Assembly (NCBI RefSeq): GCF_009914755.1
Contig: NC_060936.1
Source of the DNA: the human T2T-CHM13v2.0 reference genome, Homo sapiens
Length of the DNA: 64,000 bases
Strand: one strand, 5' to 3'
A program made the position numbers and the translations under genes. The notes beneath the pieces are model-generated. The model ran no database searches, had not been told where the DNA came from, and worked only from the letters and a program-made list of their open reading frames with translations. Numbering within the stretch: position 1 is the first letter of the stretch; each line of letters begins with the position of its first letter. Positions 39,668 through 52,204 of this stretch are shown in pieces.

Positions 39668-40877
39668 TCAGCTGGTATGCAACTTAGACCAACGGCCATT
39701 ATATTGTACAGTGTCCTTGGTAGTTAAATACGTAGGTCCTAGAAATATGAGGCAGAATAAGAGTGGCTCCCTTTACAATCACTTGCAGTAACCAGCCTGG
39801 GAATTTGTGCTTCCCATTCCTTCTACTCTAGGCTCTACAGACCTAGAGGTTCTAGTTCCCCTGGGGGACACAGTAAAACTTTCATTAAACTTAAATCTAT
39901 GGCTACTGCCTGGGAACTTTAGGATCTTCATGTCACTAGACCAGCAGGCCTAGAAAGTAGTTGCCATACTAGCAGAAGTAAGTGATTCTGATCATAATGA
40001 GAAGACAAGGTTGCTCACAGAATGGAAGTAGGGAGGAATATGTTTTGTGCTCAGATGATCCACTGGGTGAGTCCTTTGCTACTCCCATGTTCAGTTTTAA
40101 CTGTTAACAGTAAAGAAATCTTGCCCTGATAAAAGCAAGTTAATCATACACTGAGACGGCTCAGAGATGAGGGCTTGGTCATCCCAATAAGCAACCCATC
40201 TAAACTAACAAAGTGACAATGGAAGAGGAGAGAAGTTTATATTGGGTGGTAGAGGAAGGAGTTTATGAGTATTAATTATCACTTTCTTTTCTATTATCCC
40301 TCTTGTTAATATTCCCAAAACTGTGACCAAACAGAATACTGGAGAAGCTGTGCTTGGATAAAGTCATGCAGAAATCATGAAGATTTGAACAGTGCAGGGA
40401 TGTATTATGGTATACACCGTCAGTACCCTGCCCAGACCCCTTTTATCAGCCTAGCACACCCATCTTCCAGCTGCAGTAAGTGTTGGCTGCTAAGAACTCA
40501 CACCTGTGTCCTTCTCCAGAGAATTTTCCATAAATAAAAGAAGCCACCTCACCTCTCACCCTCTGAGAGGTGGCTTAAAGCCAAAAACTGATCAATGTGG
40601 GCATGTGGAAGCCCAAATCCCTTGCCTCAAGAAAGGACAACATTTTGATGCCATTCATACTCCAGCTCCCCATGTGACCAGGCTGAGGCTAGATTTCAGG
40701 TGAAACCACATGAAACCACATATTTGCTTTTATCTTTTATCCTGTCCTATCGTTTTCCCTTCTCCTTTATAGGTTTCTCTTGGGAGCTGTCCCTCGTAAG
40801 TCACCTGATCAGGAATCCCTATTTTAGTCTCTGCTTCTAGGAAATCTGACCTAAAACTCTTGGAAAAAAAGTTCTGT

Positions 40878-41336
40878 TCCCAACTATGCATTCCCTCCAG
40901 TAAGAGTATTAAACCTTCTTACTCATATTCATGTGACTCGGCCATGTATCATTTGGGAGGAGTATTTATCCTCACCTCGTTAACTCTGGGCTTGGCCAGG
41001 TGACATGCTTTGGCCAATGGATCTGAACAAATGTGTCATTTGCAACATCTGAGCAAAAGCTTTAAATGGGAGTGTGAGGTTTAGCTCAAGCTCTCTCATA
41101 TTCCTAGCATCTGACATGAGCACAGCATATTCCAGTTACGGACTTTTCCTTCAGCCTGGACTCAGAATGAGAAGACCCCCCAGAACACAGCAGACTACAG
41201 CTGAGCCAAGGAGAACCTTGCACAATCCACCCCTGACAAACAGACCTACGAATAAGAAAAAATATATATATTTAGTGTTCTAAACTAAGATTTTGGAGGG
41301 TTATTTGTTACTGTAGCAAAAAGCTGACTAATACAC
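40878..41336 (+). mobile_element. MLT1 (H/I/J-like) LTR
   Basis: gggcttggccaggtgacatgctttggccaatgg...ttcagcctggactcagaatgagaagac...ttgttactgtagcaaaaagctgactaataca. Confidence 0.8.
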
Positions 41337-42554
41337 ATGGTCAAAGTTTGGGGAATGCTTTAAAGAAATATAAAGGTATTTCTTTACTGTGAGATTACTC
41401 AAATCCTACAATAGGCTCAGGTGTGTTGTGACCCTGTAAGACAGGTGTCCCAAACTCATTTGGAAAATCCTCATGGGAATGGTATTTGATAGCATAGCAA
41501 TGCTACATAGTTTGTTGTCCAAAGGCTTTCTGGAGTGAATGCACATATGAATGTATGAATGATTCCTTAGTACAACTTCATATAATCATTGGACATATCC
41601 AGTGGCCCAAAGACTAATTCTGATGCCTACAACCTGGGGGGAAAATGAGGAAAATATTGATCTAGTAATGAAAGAACAAATTTGCTAATGGACCAGCCAA
41701 ACCACAAACTCAAACAGCCCAGGAGCAGTCAGCACTTAATATGTCAGCAGCTCATTCACCCTTCCTCCACTCCAACACAGCTTACAAAGGCAGGACATCA
41801 AGAAAAATGACTTTGGGGAAACTCATGGAACAATGTATAAAGAAGGGAAGAAAGTCAATAATGAAATTGGTCCAATTTAAACAGCCTGGGCCAAGACCAC
41901 GAGGTAAAAAACTTATTTCAAGTTACTTTCAACACTGCAAATAAGTCCCTATGATTTGTTTAGCATTCCAGAAGATAAAGAGCAATAAACAAATGCTTCA
42001 AGTGCAATACATTATTGTCAGAGTTATGTGCTTCAGTGATTCAAAGCTGGGCACAATACAATTCAACAGCACACAATAAGCTTTGTTCCTTCCATCCAAC
42101 TACCGACATGCTTCTACCGTTGCATCAACAGAAAGGCTCCAGCCGTCGTAGTAGGTAATTTCTCTTCAGTCAATAGGCAAATTATAAGGGAAATAAATCC
42201 AACATTAGCATTAGTTCCAAAGGAAAGACATCTATTTTTCAATAGCCTATGTTTGCTGCCTCGGGCTTGTGTTGTCCAGACTCTTCAGAAACAATCTCTA
42301 CTGTGTTTCCTTGAAGACATCTCTTTCAATACGCTTCCAAACCTTGATTGTAGGACACCCTGACTCACACTTGGCAATGCCAGTTGCTCACTCTCCAGTC
42401 CCACTGTTACCCGAATGCAGACTTTTCATCTCATGCTCAGACTTCTGCAATAGACTCTTAATTAGGCGCCCAACCTAACTCATTTGTCACTTAACATTCC
42501 TCTTTATACCTCTCTTGGCATTTTGGTTGTTACTGAAGACACATGTGAGAGGAC

Positions 42555-42800
42555 CCATGATGTAGTGAGAATATTATCAACTTTGGAGTCAGACAGACCT
42601 CAGTTCTAATCTCAGGATGCCATTTCCAGCTGAGTCTTCTTGGGAAAGTGACTTGGTCTCCATGGGCCTTTGCTATCTCATCTGAAAATGAGACTAAGCC
42701 ACAATCCAATAGGAATTTGTGTGCCTCCTGTGAGAATGTATGTAGGGTGCCTGGAACCACATAATGTGTAGACACTCTATAACTGGCAGCTGTTTAATAT
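42555..42800 (+). mobile_element. MIR
   Basis: ctttggagtcagacagacc...gggaaagtgactt...tcatctgaaaatgag. Confidence 0.8.
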
Positions 42801-43449
42801 ATAATATTCCTCCCTCTTACATTTTCCTATCTTGTCTACTACCAATCCCCTACATGAACCCAACTTTCCACCAGATTGGGCTACCTATAGAATATAGAAT
42901 CTTTGGAGCTGAAAATAACTTTATCTAGTCCAAAGATAGGTTTATTTCTCCAAGTCAGCTTCACTAATTGGTAGTGGCCACTTGGAACTCTGAATTCAGA
43001 ATCATCCCAATGTACTTTTGTAAATGCTATCATTGACTGGCCCATGTCATGGGAGAAGGGAGTGGTAGTAAATAAGGCAAATATATCTCACATCTGATCA
43101 AGACATTCATTCACACACACCCAGATATATCACCACTATCATCATCTAATTAGAATAGGAGCTTGGGAAACTTGTTTTGAAGCCACATTTGCATAAATAT
43201 TACCTTGGTTTTCCTTAGATTATTATTTTTTCACATAATTTAGAGGAATGATGCTGATGTTGAAGATTTAATTCTCCCACCACTACCTACACTTAGGAGT
43301 TGAAATATTATGCAGCAGTAAGAAGCAATGGACTCAGTATACATACAGCAATGTAATTTATCCTAAAACACAGTGTCTAATGAGGAAAAGAAACAAAGTG
43401 AGACATACAACACGTCTTTTACAAAAATAAAAATATGTGTGCACAAAAG

Positions 43450-46400
43450 AACAATGAGATACCACTACACACCCATTAGAATGACTTAAATCCAAAAAAC
43501 AAAAAATTGACAATACTAAATGCTGGTGACAATAGAGAGCAACAGGAATTCACATTCTGTTGGTGGGAATTCACAATAGTATATTGAAAGATAGTTTGGA
43601 AGTTTTTCTTAAATTGAAAAATAATTTTTTTTTATTTTAGATTGAATTTTTTTAATTGAAAAATAAAATTGCGTATATTCATAGCATACAGCATAATGTT
43701 TTCATATATGTATATACTGTAGAATGACTAAATCAAGCTAATTAACATATCCATTATCTCACGTACTTATTATTTTTTGTGGTGAGACTATTTTAAACCT
43801 ACTCTTTTCATATTTTCAAATATACAATACATTGTCATTAACTATAATCACTGTGTTGTAGAATAGGTCTCCTGAATTTATTCCTCCTGTCTAACTGAAA
43901 CTTTGTTTCCTTTGATCAACATCTCCCTAATCCCTTCACCTTCAAGACCTTGGTAACCACCATTCTACTCTCTGAGTTTGCCTTTTTTTGATTCCACATA
44001 TAAGTAAGACAATACAGTATTTCTATTTCTGTGCCTGGCTTATTTTATTTAACATGCTCTAGGTTCATCCATGAGACAATTTCCTTGTTTTTTAGGCTCA
44101 ATAATATTCCATTGTGCATAGATACCACATTTGCTTTATCCATTCATCTGTTGATAGACACTTAGGTTGACTCAATACCTTGGCTATTATAAGGAATGCT
44201 GCAATGGACGTGGGAGTGCGGATATCTCTTCAACATATTGATTTCATTTCTTTGAATATATACCCAGAAGTGGAATTGATGGATTAAATGGTGGTTCTAT
44301 TTTTAATTTTTTGAGGAACTTCCACAGTGTTTTTGAGGAACTTCCATAGTGTTTGTCGTAATGGCTACACTAATTTACATTCCCACCAAGAGCGTACAAG
44401 AGTTCGCTTTTCTCCGTATTCCTCATCAACACTTGTTGATTCTTGCCTTTTTGATAATAGTCATCCTAACAAGTGTAAGTTCTAATTTACATTTCCCTGA
44501 TGATTAATGATAATGAACATTTTTATATACCTGTTATCCATTTGTATGTCCTCTTTTGAGAAGTGTCTTTTCAGATCCTTTGCCCATTTTTTAATCAGGT
44601 TATTTGTTTTCTTGCTACTAAGTTGTTTGAGTTCTTATATATTTTGGATTTCAACATGTATGATTTGCAAATATTTTCTCCCATTCTGTAGGTTGTCTTC
44701 ACTCTGTTGATTGTTTGTTGCGCATAAGCTTTTTAGTTAGGTATCATCCTATTTTTCTATTTTTGCTTTTGTTGTCTATGCTTTTGGAGTCATAGCTAAA
44801 ATATCTTTGCCAAAACCAATATCAAGAAGCTTTTAACCTATGTTTGATTATAGTAGTTTTACAGTTTCAGGTCGTGCATTTAAGTATCTCGTCTTATTTT
44901 GAGTAGATTTTATATATGGTATGAGATAAGGGTCTAAGTTCATTCTTCTGCATATAGATATCCAGTTTTCCCAACACCATTTATTGAAGTGATTGCACAA
45001 TGTTAAACACAATCTTACCATAAGATCCACCAGGTATACGTTTAGGTATTTACCCAACAGATATGAAAACTTACATCCACACAAAGATATGTATATGAGT
45101 GTATACAGGGACATTAATTATAATCACCAAAAACTGGAAGCAACTAAGATATACTCCAATAGGTGAATGGATAAACAAACTATGGTACATCCATATAATG
45201 GAATAATGTTGAACAATAAAAAGGAATGAGTTATCAAGTCACACAAAGACATTAATAAATCTGAGCCACATATTTCTACATGAAAGTAGTTAGTCTGAAA
45301 TGGCTACATACCATAAGATTCTCTTATCTGACATTCTGTAAAAGGCAAAACCATAGAAACAGTAAATCAGTAAGTGGTTGCCAGAGGCTCAGGAGTGGAG
45401 AAAGTTGACTAAGTGAAGCACAGAGTTCTTTAGGGTGGTGAATCTACCTTATATGATGCTCTAATGGTAGAAACATGGCACTATGCATTTGTCAAAATCC
45501 ATAGAACTTTATAGCACACAAAGTAAACCTTAACATATAATTTTGTTTCAATTATTTAGGAAGTTGGAATGGAATGCAAAATGTGACAAAGGAATCTAAA
45601 TATATTACAAATGTATGAAACAACCTCATTGAAGGGGAATGAGAAGAATTAGATCTGGCCAAAGTAAGTCTGAAAATGAGTGGAGTCCATAAGGCTAAAG
45701 GCAAAATGAACTCTACATGGACACTGTACTCTAGTTAATAAAGTAGTTTTCTATGGGGTTATAGGTTAGTAATTTTGAAACCATTATCCATTACACTAGA
45801 ACTTAACAGTTAAGCAAATGGATGGCAGATGTCAGGAGCCAGGTTTCTCACTATTGGAATCGGAGAACTCAGATAAGCAAGGGGAGTAGCCTAGAATGTG
45901 GCAATGGATTACAGCTGAAGACATCAGTATTAACTCAGGTTTAGCTTAACATAGACACAGATTGTGTTACACGTAGAAATATTTATAGGTTGTGTAAATA
46001 TACAGGTTGGTATATGCACATATTTTTTCTTACTCTGTCAGCTAAAGAGGCACAGAAGCAATAACATCCATATAGCAATGAGCATATCTAGTGCCCAGAT
46101 CTTGAGTTCTAATACTATTCCCCCCAGCAAAGCAACTAGTAACTTTTAGAGAAAAGGCTTATTCTAGGACTGAAGGATGAAGTATACAAGATGAGCCCAT
46201 AGTATATTTTAGTGCCAGAAGGTAAGGAGGTGCTCAAAACAACAAAATCCACAATGACGAGATTTGTCAAAAGGACACAGAAGCCAAATAAAATAGTTCA
46301 AAAATAAATGTTTATGAGTTCATAAGCTATTGAACAAATAAAGAGTAGAATTTCTTCTAGAACTCCAAATAATTTATATAGATGCTCTGCCCTCAGAGCC

Positions 46401-47010
46401 TCACCACTTCAAAAGTGGAGGCCGTGCATAGTGACTTCCTTCCAAAGAATACAGCATGGAAAGGGGGAAAAGTGGAGAAGGCTGAGAAGCACTATCTCAG
46501 CAAGGTGGTTAAAATTGACATTAATAGCAATCAGTCATGTCAACAGAGGTATTTTTAATATGATGTGATGAGAGGGGTACTTTACCTCCCCAAAACACAT
46601 TACTTTAGACTAATCATGACAAAAACATCAGACAAGTTACAATTGAGGCACATTCTATAAAATATCTGATCAATACTCTTCAAAGCTGTCAAGGTCATCG
46701 AAAGCAAAGAAAGTCTGAGAAACTTGTCACAGACAAGTGGAGCCTGAGGAAAGTAAGTTTCTGCTTAGTTGTGGTATCCTGAATGGGATCCTGGAACAGA
46801 AAAAGAATACTGGGTAAAAATAAAGGAAATCCTAATAATGGGTTTTAGTTCATAATAATGTATCAATACTGGCTCATTAATTGCAACAAGTGTTCTAGGA
46901 TAATGTAAAAGGTTAATAATAGAGAAACAAGGATTAGTGTGGAGTATATGGGAACTCTCTATACTACCTTTGCAATTATTCTGTAAATCTAAAACTATCA
47001 TAAAATTGTG
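43450..47010 (+). mobile_element. L1MC3-like ORF2 end plus long 3' UTR, split by an antisense L1MA
   Basis: caatgagataccactacacacccattagaatg at 43452; resumes ~44996; tattacaaatgtatgaaacaacctc; ends gggaactctctatactacctttgcaattattctgtaaatctaaaact. Confidence 0.8.
43625..44990 (-). mobile_element. L1MA8-like 3' fragment
   Basis: ctaaatcaagctaattaacatatccatta...ttattcctcctgtctaactgaaac...tatccagttttcccaacaccatttattgaag. Confidence 0.88.
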
Positions 47011-49302
47011 TAAACCTGCGACTAGTCTAAAATAAAATCAAATTTAAAAACAAAGCCAAAAAAATGCATGCAAACAAAAAATTATATAATAATACATACG
47101 AACAAAAGATACACAATAGATGAGAGCAAATAATGTAGACAAAAATGAATGAATCAGTAATGGAATGACAAGCCTTACATGAGCCAATGAAGATAACCTT
47201 TCTGATCTGAGGTCCACAAAGGAAAGAAAGTAATACACTCCCCCACAAATCCCCTGCTATCAATGCTTCTTTCATGAATTGGGACCTACATTGTATTCTG
47301 TCTACCTGTGCTTCCTTCTTTTGAAAGCATAACTTTTTGAGCTAAGGCTTACTGCACTCTCTTTCTGCACTGAAGCCTAACAGCGTGATTTATATCAAGT
47401 AGAAAACTGGATAAATTATGTTTATCCCTGCATATCAAGAGCACTGTTAATGAGGTGCTTTAACAGAACAATTTGTAAGTATGTTGATGGATATTTAAGC
47501 ACTGTCTTTATTGCTCTTAAATTGCTCTAATTTGTTATAGTTTTTGTGGTCCTTATGGTATTTGGAAAAAATATATTTATGAAAAGAAAAGAAGTTGCCA
47601 CTTTTGAATCAATGAGATCTGGGTTCAAATCCAATGCGGACATTAGACCTAAGCAAATGACTTAATTTTTTGGTGTTTCAGTCCCTTATCTGTAAAAATT
47701 TTGATAATAATACTTGAGATAATGTATGTATTGTAACCCAAAATGGTGATTCATCCATGTTAGTGCTTAATTTTCCTTGACTCTTACATTGTTACCTTTA
47801 GATACTGAGATAAGTGATGCTATCCTACAGGGAAGTGGGAAAATTCTTGACTGAAATCACCCGCTTTGCTAGTTTCATGGATGTCGTCTGTGGTATTTGA
47901 TTATCCTAGGTAAAGATTCTCTTCCACAGGGGCAATTTAGGAGACTGTGTGCTCACACTTTGTGAACCAGGAGATGAGGATACTAATCCTGGTTCTGCCA
48001 CTCACTGTCTTTGTGACCTAAGAACACTCACTTCCTTTCTCCATGCCTCAGTTTCCCTATCTCTTAAATGTCATCCTGGTTGATCTCCAAGATGCCTTGT
48101 GAGGAAGCCATCTCAAGAACTTAAAATCAAAATTGTTCTTTACGTTTTCATGAATGCTTATTTGTGGGTGGGGGACTGTGCCCTTTGTTGAGATTTGGCT
48201 TCATGTTGATGGAAGTTGGGGTAGACATTTATAACTTTTAAATCTGTGCCTTTCCATCAAATGATCAGAAACCCAAACACATTATTGAGCCTATTCAAGC
48301 TAAAAGCATAGCTTCAAAGGTCCTTTCCAGTTCTAACATTCCACTTCTTATTGGAATATAAAATAATTTTTTGCAGAAGACCCCCAACATCACTGAACAC
48401 AAAATTATAGGTAAAAGAGTCTTCTAACATAAGATAAAGGACTTCAGATGAGTATGAAGGCACAAACTAGAAGAGGAATGAAGTCCTCAAGATAAAGCCA
48501 TTCTTAACGAGTTCTCAGAATGAATATTCCGTTGGCTTAAAATGAAGATTCAACTCTACTTAACTCCAGAAACTTCTATTGAACATCCACCATGAGCCAG
48601 AACTTATCCTCGGTCTTGGAGATACCAGGGAAGCATTTAAAGGCTTGAAGCAAGAGACTCACAAAATCAGATTTGCATTTTAGAAAGCTCACTTGGGGGA
48701 GTGAATTTCAGTGGGGAAAGAGGGAAGGCAGGGAGACCAGAGAGAAAGTTTAGGGATTTTACTGAAGAAGTTCAAGCAAAATACTGTGGTGGTCTATATG
48801 CAGGCAGTGCTGATGGAAGTGAAATGGATAGTTTGAAGAGATTTCCAAGAGGAAGACACACCCAAACTTCATGACTGGTTAGAAAAGATATGTGCAATGG
48901 GTTTACACTCGTACGTGTGTGTGAGCTTCCATGATCGAAAGGGTCAGGGGATGGAATGGAATGCAAACCATGAGATGCCTCCTAGAAGCTAGCCTTGTCC
49001 CTAGGCCTAGCTGAGGCTCAGGGGGTTTCCGTGAATCCTCCTCATAAATCTGTACAGGAGAAAAACAAGAGGCCAGACAAGAAGAAGCATGTCTGAGGTA
49101 AAAGGAAAAACATGTTTGGTCCTAATAGGGTTGTGGTGGAGGAAGAAAGGGGGAGGAACTGCTCTGCAGCAATCTGCCCTGAGGTAGGGACTGATCTGTG
49201 AGGCTGCCAGCATCTGCAGCAAGATGTTAATGGGGGTTATCAGCTGTCGCTGGAGCCCAGGCAGGGAATATGTTGGCAGCTGAAAGCTCTAGCACAGCCA
49301 AA

Positions 49303-49303
<1 letters not shown>

Positions 49304-49336
<33 letters not shown>
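49304..49336. repeat. (TG)n microsatellite
   Basis: about 16 TG units. Confidence 0.97.
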
Positions 49337-49338
<2 letters not shown>

Positions 49339-49894
49339 AAGAAGAAACACCAGCCTTATTGTCTCTAGACATCCTCAGAGAACAAATGGTCTTGGCGAGT
49401 CAAGCTCTGAATACCAGTTACACAAGACAGACACCTTTAATGGAGATCTGGCACTTCTCAGTGGGGACCGTTTGCATAAAACCATTTCATTCTTTCATCT
49501 CTGGCAGGAAGAGGTCCCTTTTATCTCGAAGAGAAGCTCTCTCCACAAATGAGATGACCCCACCCCAACCAGACACACACAGTCATGCACACAGTCAGTC
49601 CCAGAGGTCTTCTCTGTCTTGAAGGCCTGTCCAGCTTCATTTTTTTCCTTCCTCATCCACTTGCCAATTCATGTTTACACACCAGCACTTATATTTAAGC
49701 ACATTTCTCTTGAGTGAAGATTCCCATAAATGTTGCTTTGTAAATGTGTCCAGGGCCAGATATCAAATGGTGGAGGCCCAGTGACATCTTTCAAAAGGTA
49801 CTTTGGCATTTTACTCTGACACCATTGTAAGGGGGTCCAGGAATCAACTTGGTGTTCTGATGGCCTGGAAAATAATCCAACTTCTTCTAGAGGA

Positions 49895-50400
49895 CGATAG
49901 TAACAGCATTAACTTTGCAGGTAGGTAGACTTGGGCTGAGCCTCAGGTTGGCCACTGACCATAAACCTGTGACTTAATATTTCTGCTTCAGTTTTCCCAC
50001 CTGTAACATGGGAATAATAACTATGAGCAGGTACTACTATTATTCCCATTTCACAGATTGGGACCATTGAGACACAAAGAGTTAAACAATTGTTCCTAGA
50101 TGAAGCAGCTAGTAACTAGCACAGCTTACATTTGAACTCATGCAGTCTGGGTCTTCCTGTTGATAACCATTATGCTACATTGCCTGCCATATTACACATA
50201 ATTTCTTCTTTAATCCTCAAACAATTTCTGTTAATGGGATCTTGGACAAATTACTTAACTCTCTAAGCCTCAGTTGTCTCAACAGAAAATAGGATTTTGA
50301 TACTGTAGACCTCAAAAGGATGTCATGGGGAATAACTGGGAAACCACGTCTGAGCAGTTGTGGGCATTGTAATAGAGCCTGTAGTCACTGCGGTGATAAT
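49895..50400. mobile_element. cluster of MIR fragments in both orientations
   Basis: MIR cores at ~49970-50020 (+), ~50038-50180 (-) and ~50240-50400 (+). Confidence 0.7.
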
Positions 50401-52204
50401 ACCGATCATGTTGTTAGCATCACAACGTCCATGGTACTTACAGTTATTTGTTTTAATATTTGTAATTTCCTTTAACTACATGTTCCCTGAGGACAGAAAC
50501 TGTCCGTTATTTACCCTGTACCCACAGCACTTAACAACCTAACACAAATGGAACATACTCCGGGACATACTCTATTTTCAATGCTGTTTATTGATGAATC
50601 AGTAAATGCCTTTAATACTGTCTCTCTCTTGGATTGCTGTAAGGATTAAATGAGATAATGCATGTAAAACGGCTAGTACAATGTTAGGCTTGAGAATTCC
50701 ATCCAATTAATGTTAGCTCTTTCCCTTTTGCAACAGAACACATTATTTGAGATAAACACACTGGAATCACATGGCCCAGAGAGTGAAAAACAGGACACCT
50801 GGACTCCTCGAGGAACAAAAACATCCCAGCTAGAACCAAGTACCATGAGACACAGGCACGTGAGCTGATGAGGAGCATAAGCTGGAACCCACCTTTGTGG
50901 GAGCACCACCAGGCATCACAGGCAACCATCCTGCAGGCACATTTGGAAATCTCAAGAGCAGGAAAGGGAAGGCACTCTTTGTACTGGTTGATTAAAGCTA
51001 CTAATTAGGTCCATGCATGGTACAAACACTGGCAGTTCTTTCTTACTGGGGCAACAGGGAAGAGGTTGGCAGGGGTGAGCAAAACTACAGCCAATTCCTC
51101 TGTGAGCCAATGAGCACCTACAAAGGGAGGATTCGACCGAGTACATTTGGAAATAGAAATTGCCAACAATGTTCAGAAACTCTAAGTAAAAATATAATGG
51201 TCAGGTGGGCAAAAAAAATCTCCTTCTTCCTGCTTGAAGCTGCTCAGAAAATAATCAAAGTTGAGGCAACAGACAGTGGAAAAACATGGGCTTGGGCATC
51301 AGAGAGACTTCCCTTCCAGCCTTGGCTGATGCAAGTCAGCTATGACCTGATGCAAGTTGGCTAACACTTCAGAGATCTTTTTTCTCATATACAAAATAGA
51401 AAATACCCATTTCATACAGGCAAGAGAAGCTTAAATAAATAGACTCTACAAAGGGACCAGAAAATAATAGACTAGATCCCCTATCATCATCACCACCATC
51501 TAAAGGTAGCTGTCTTGATTATATGGCCCAGACCACCTGGAATCAGTGCATTCATATCATCCCTCTTAAGTGGCTCTGGTGGTTATATTATTGTGCGGTG
51601 CTATGAGTCACTGTCTATTAATATAACTTACCCAGGGCTTGTAACAGGACAGCTGGCAAATAAGGATTCATAGATGGAAGGAATCTGGGTCATCCTCAAA
51701 TAAGATGAGCCACTCCATAAATAAATAACAGGGCACTGGCTGGGTTGGCTGGGGACTAGGGGAGATGAGGGGATGGTATGGACTCAGGAAGCTGGGAAAG
51801 CGCAAAGTCTGAGAAGAGGGAATGCGAAGAGTGGGGCGAGCTGAAGACCAGCACTGTCTGAGAATGCGTTAGAAATAACTGAATCATAGTGCATCACCCA
51901 ATTTAGTGGTTCTCTCCCAGGGCTGCCCACCCAGACTGAATTATGGAAGGCCAAGCCATGGCAGAGGCAGCAGCCAATGGGAGGTAAGCTAATTCATAAC
52001 TGACAGCCTTGGAATATCTCAGGAAGTGGAGCAGCAGATACCACAGGAGGTGGGAGGTGAGCCTAGGCTGAAAACAGGGGGCTGGCGGAGCATCTATATC
52101 ATAGGAGCCTCAACAACATAGTCCCCCACATCACTTGGATACCCTGGATCCAGGAGAAGATAAGTGGGTCTCCTGTGAAACTGAACCCAGAGAATCTCTA
52201 GACT

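Noticed and set aside
44309-44354. 22-bp tandem duplication ttttgaggaacttcca(c/t)agtgt; similar small ones near 27541, 40701 and 58421
   Set aside because: Ordinary slippage duplications; two units only, no spacers, not CRISPR-like
51570-52200. Possible old LTR-like segments here and at ~11040-11500 and ~55190-55500
   Set aside because: Too degenerate to assign without a Dfam search
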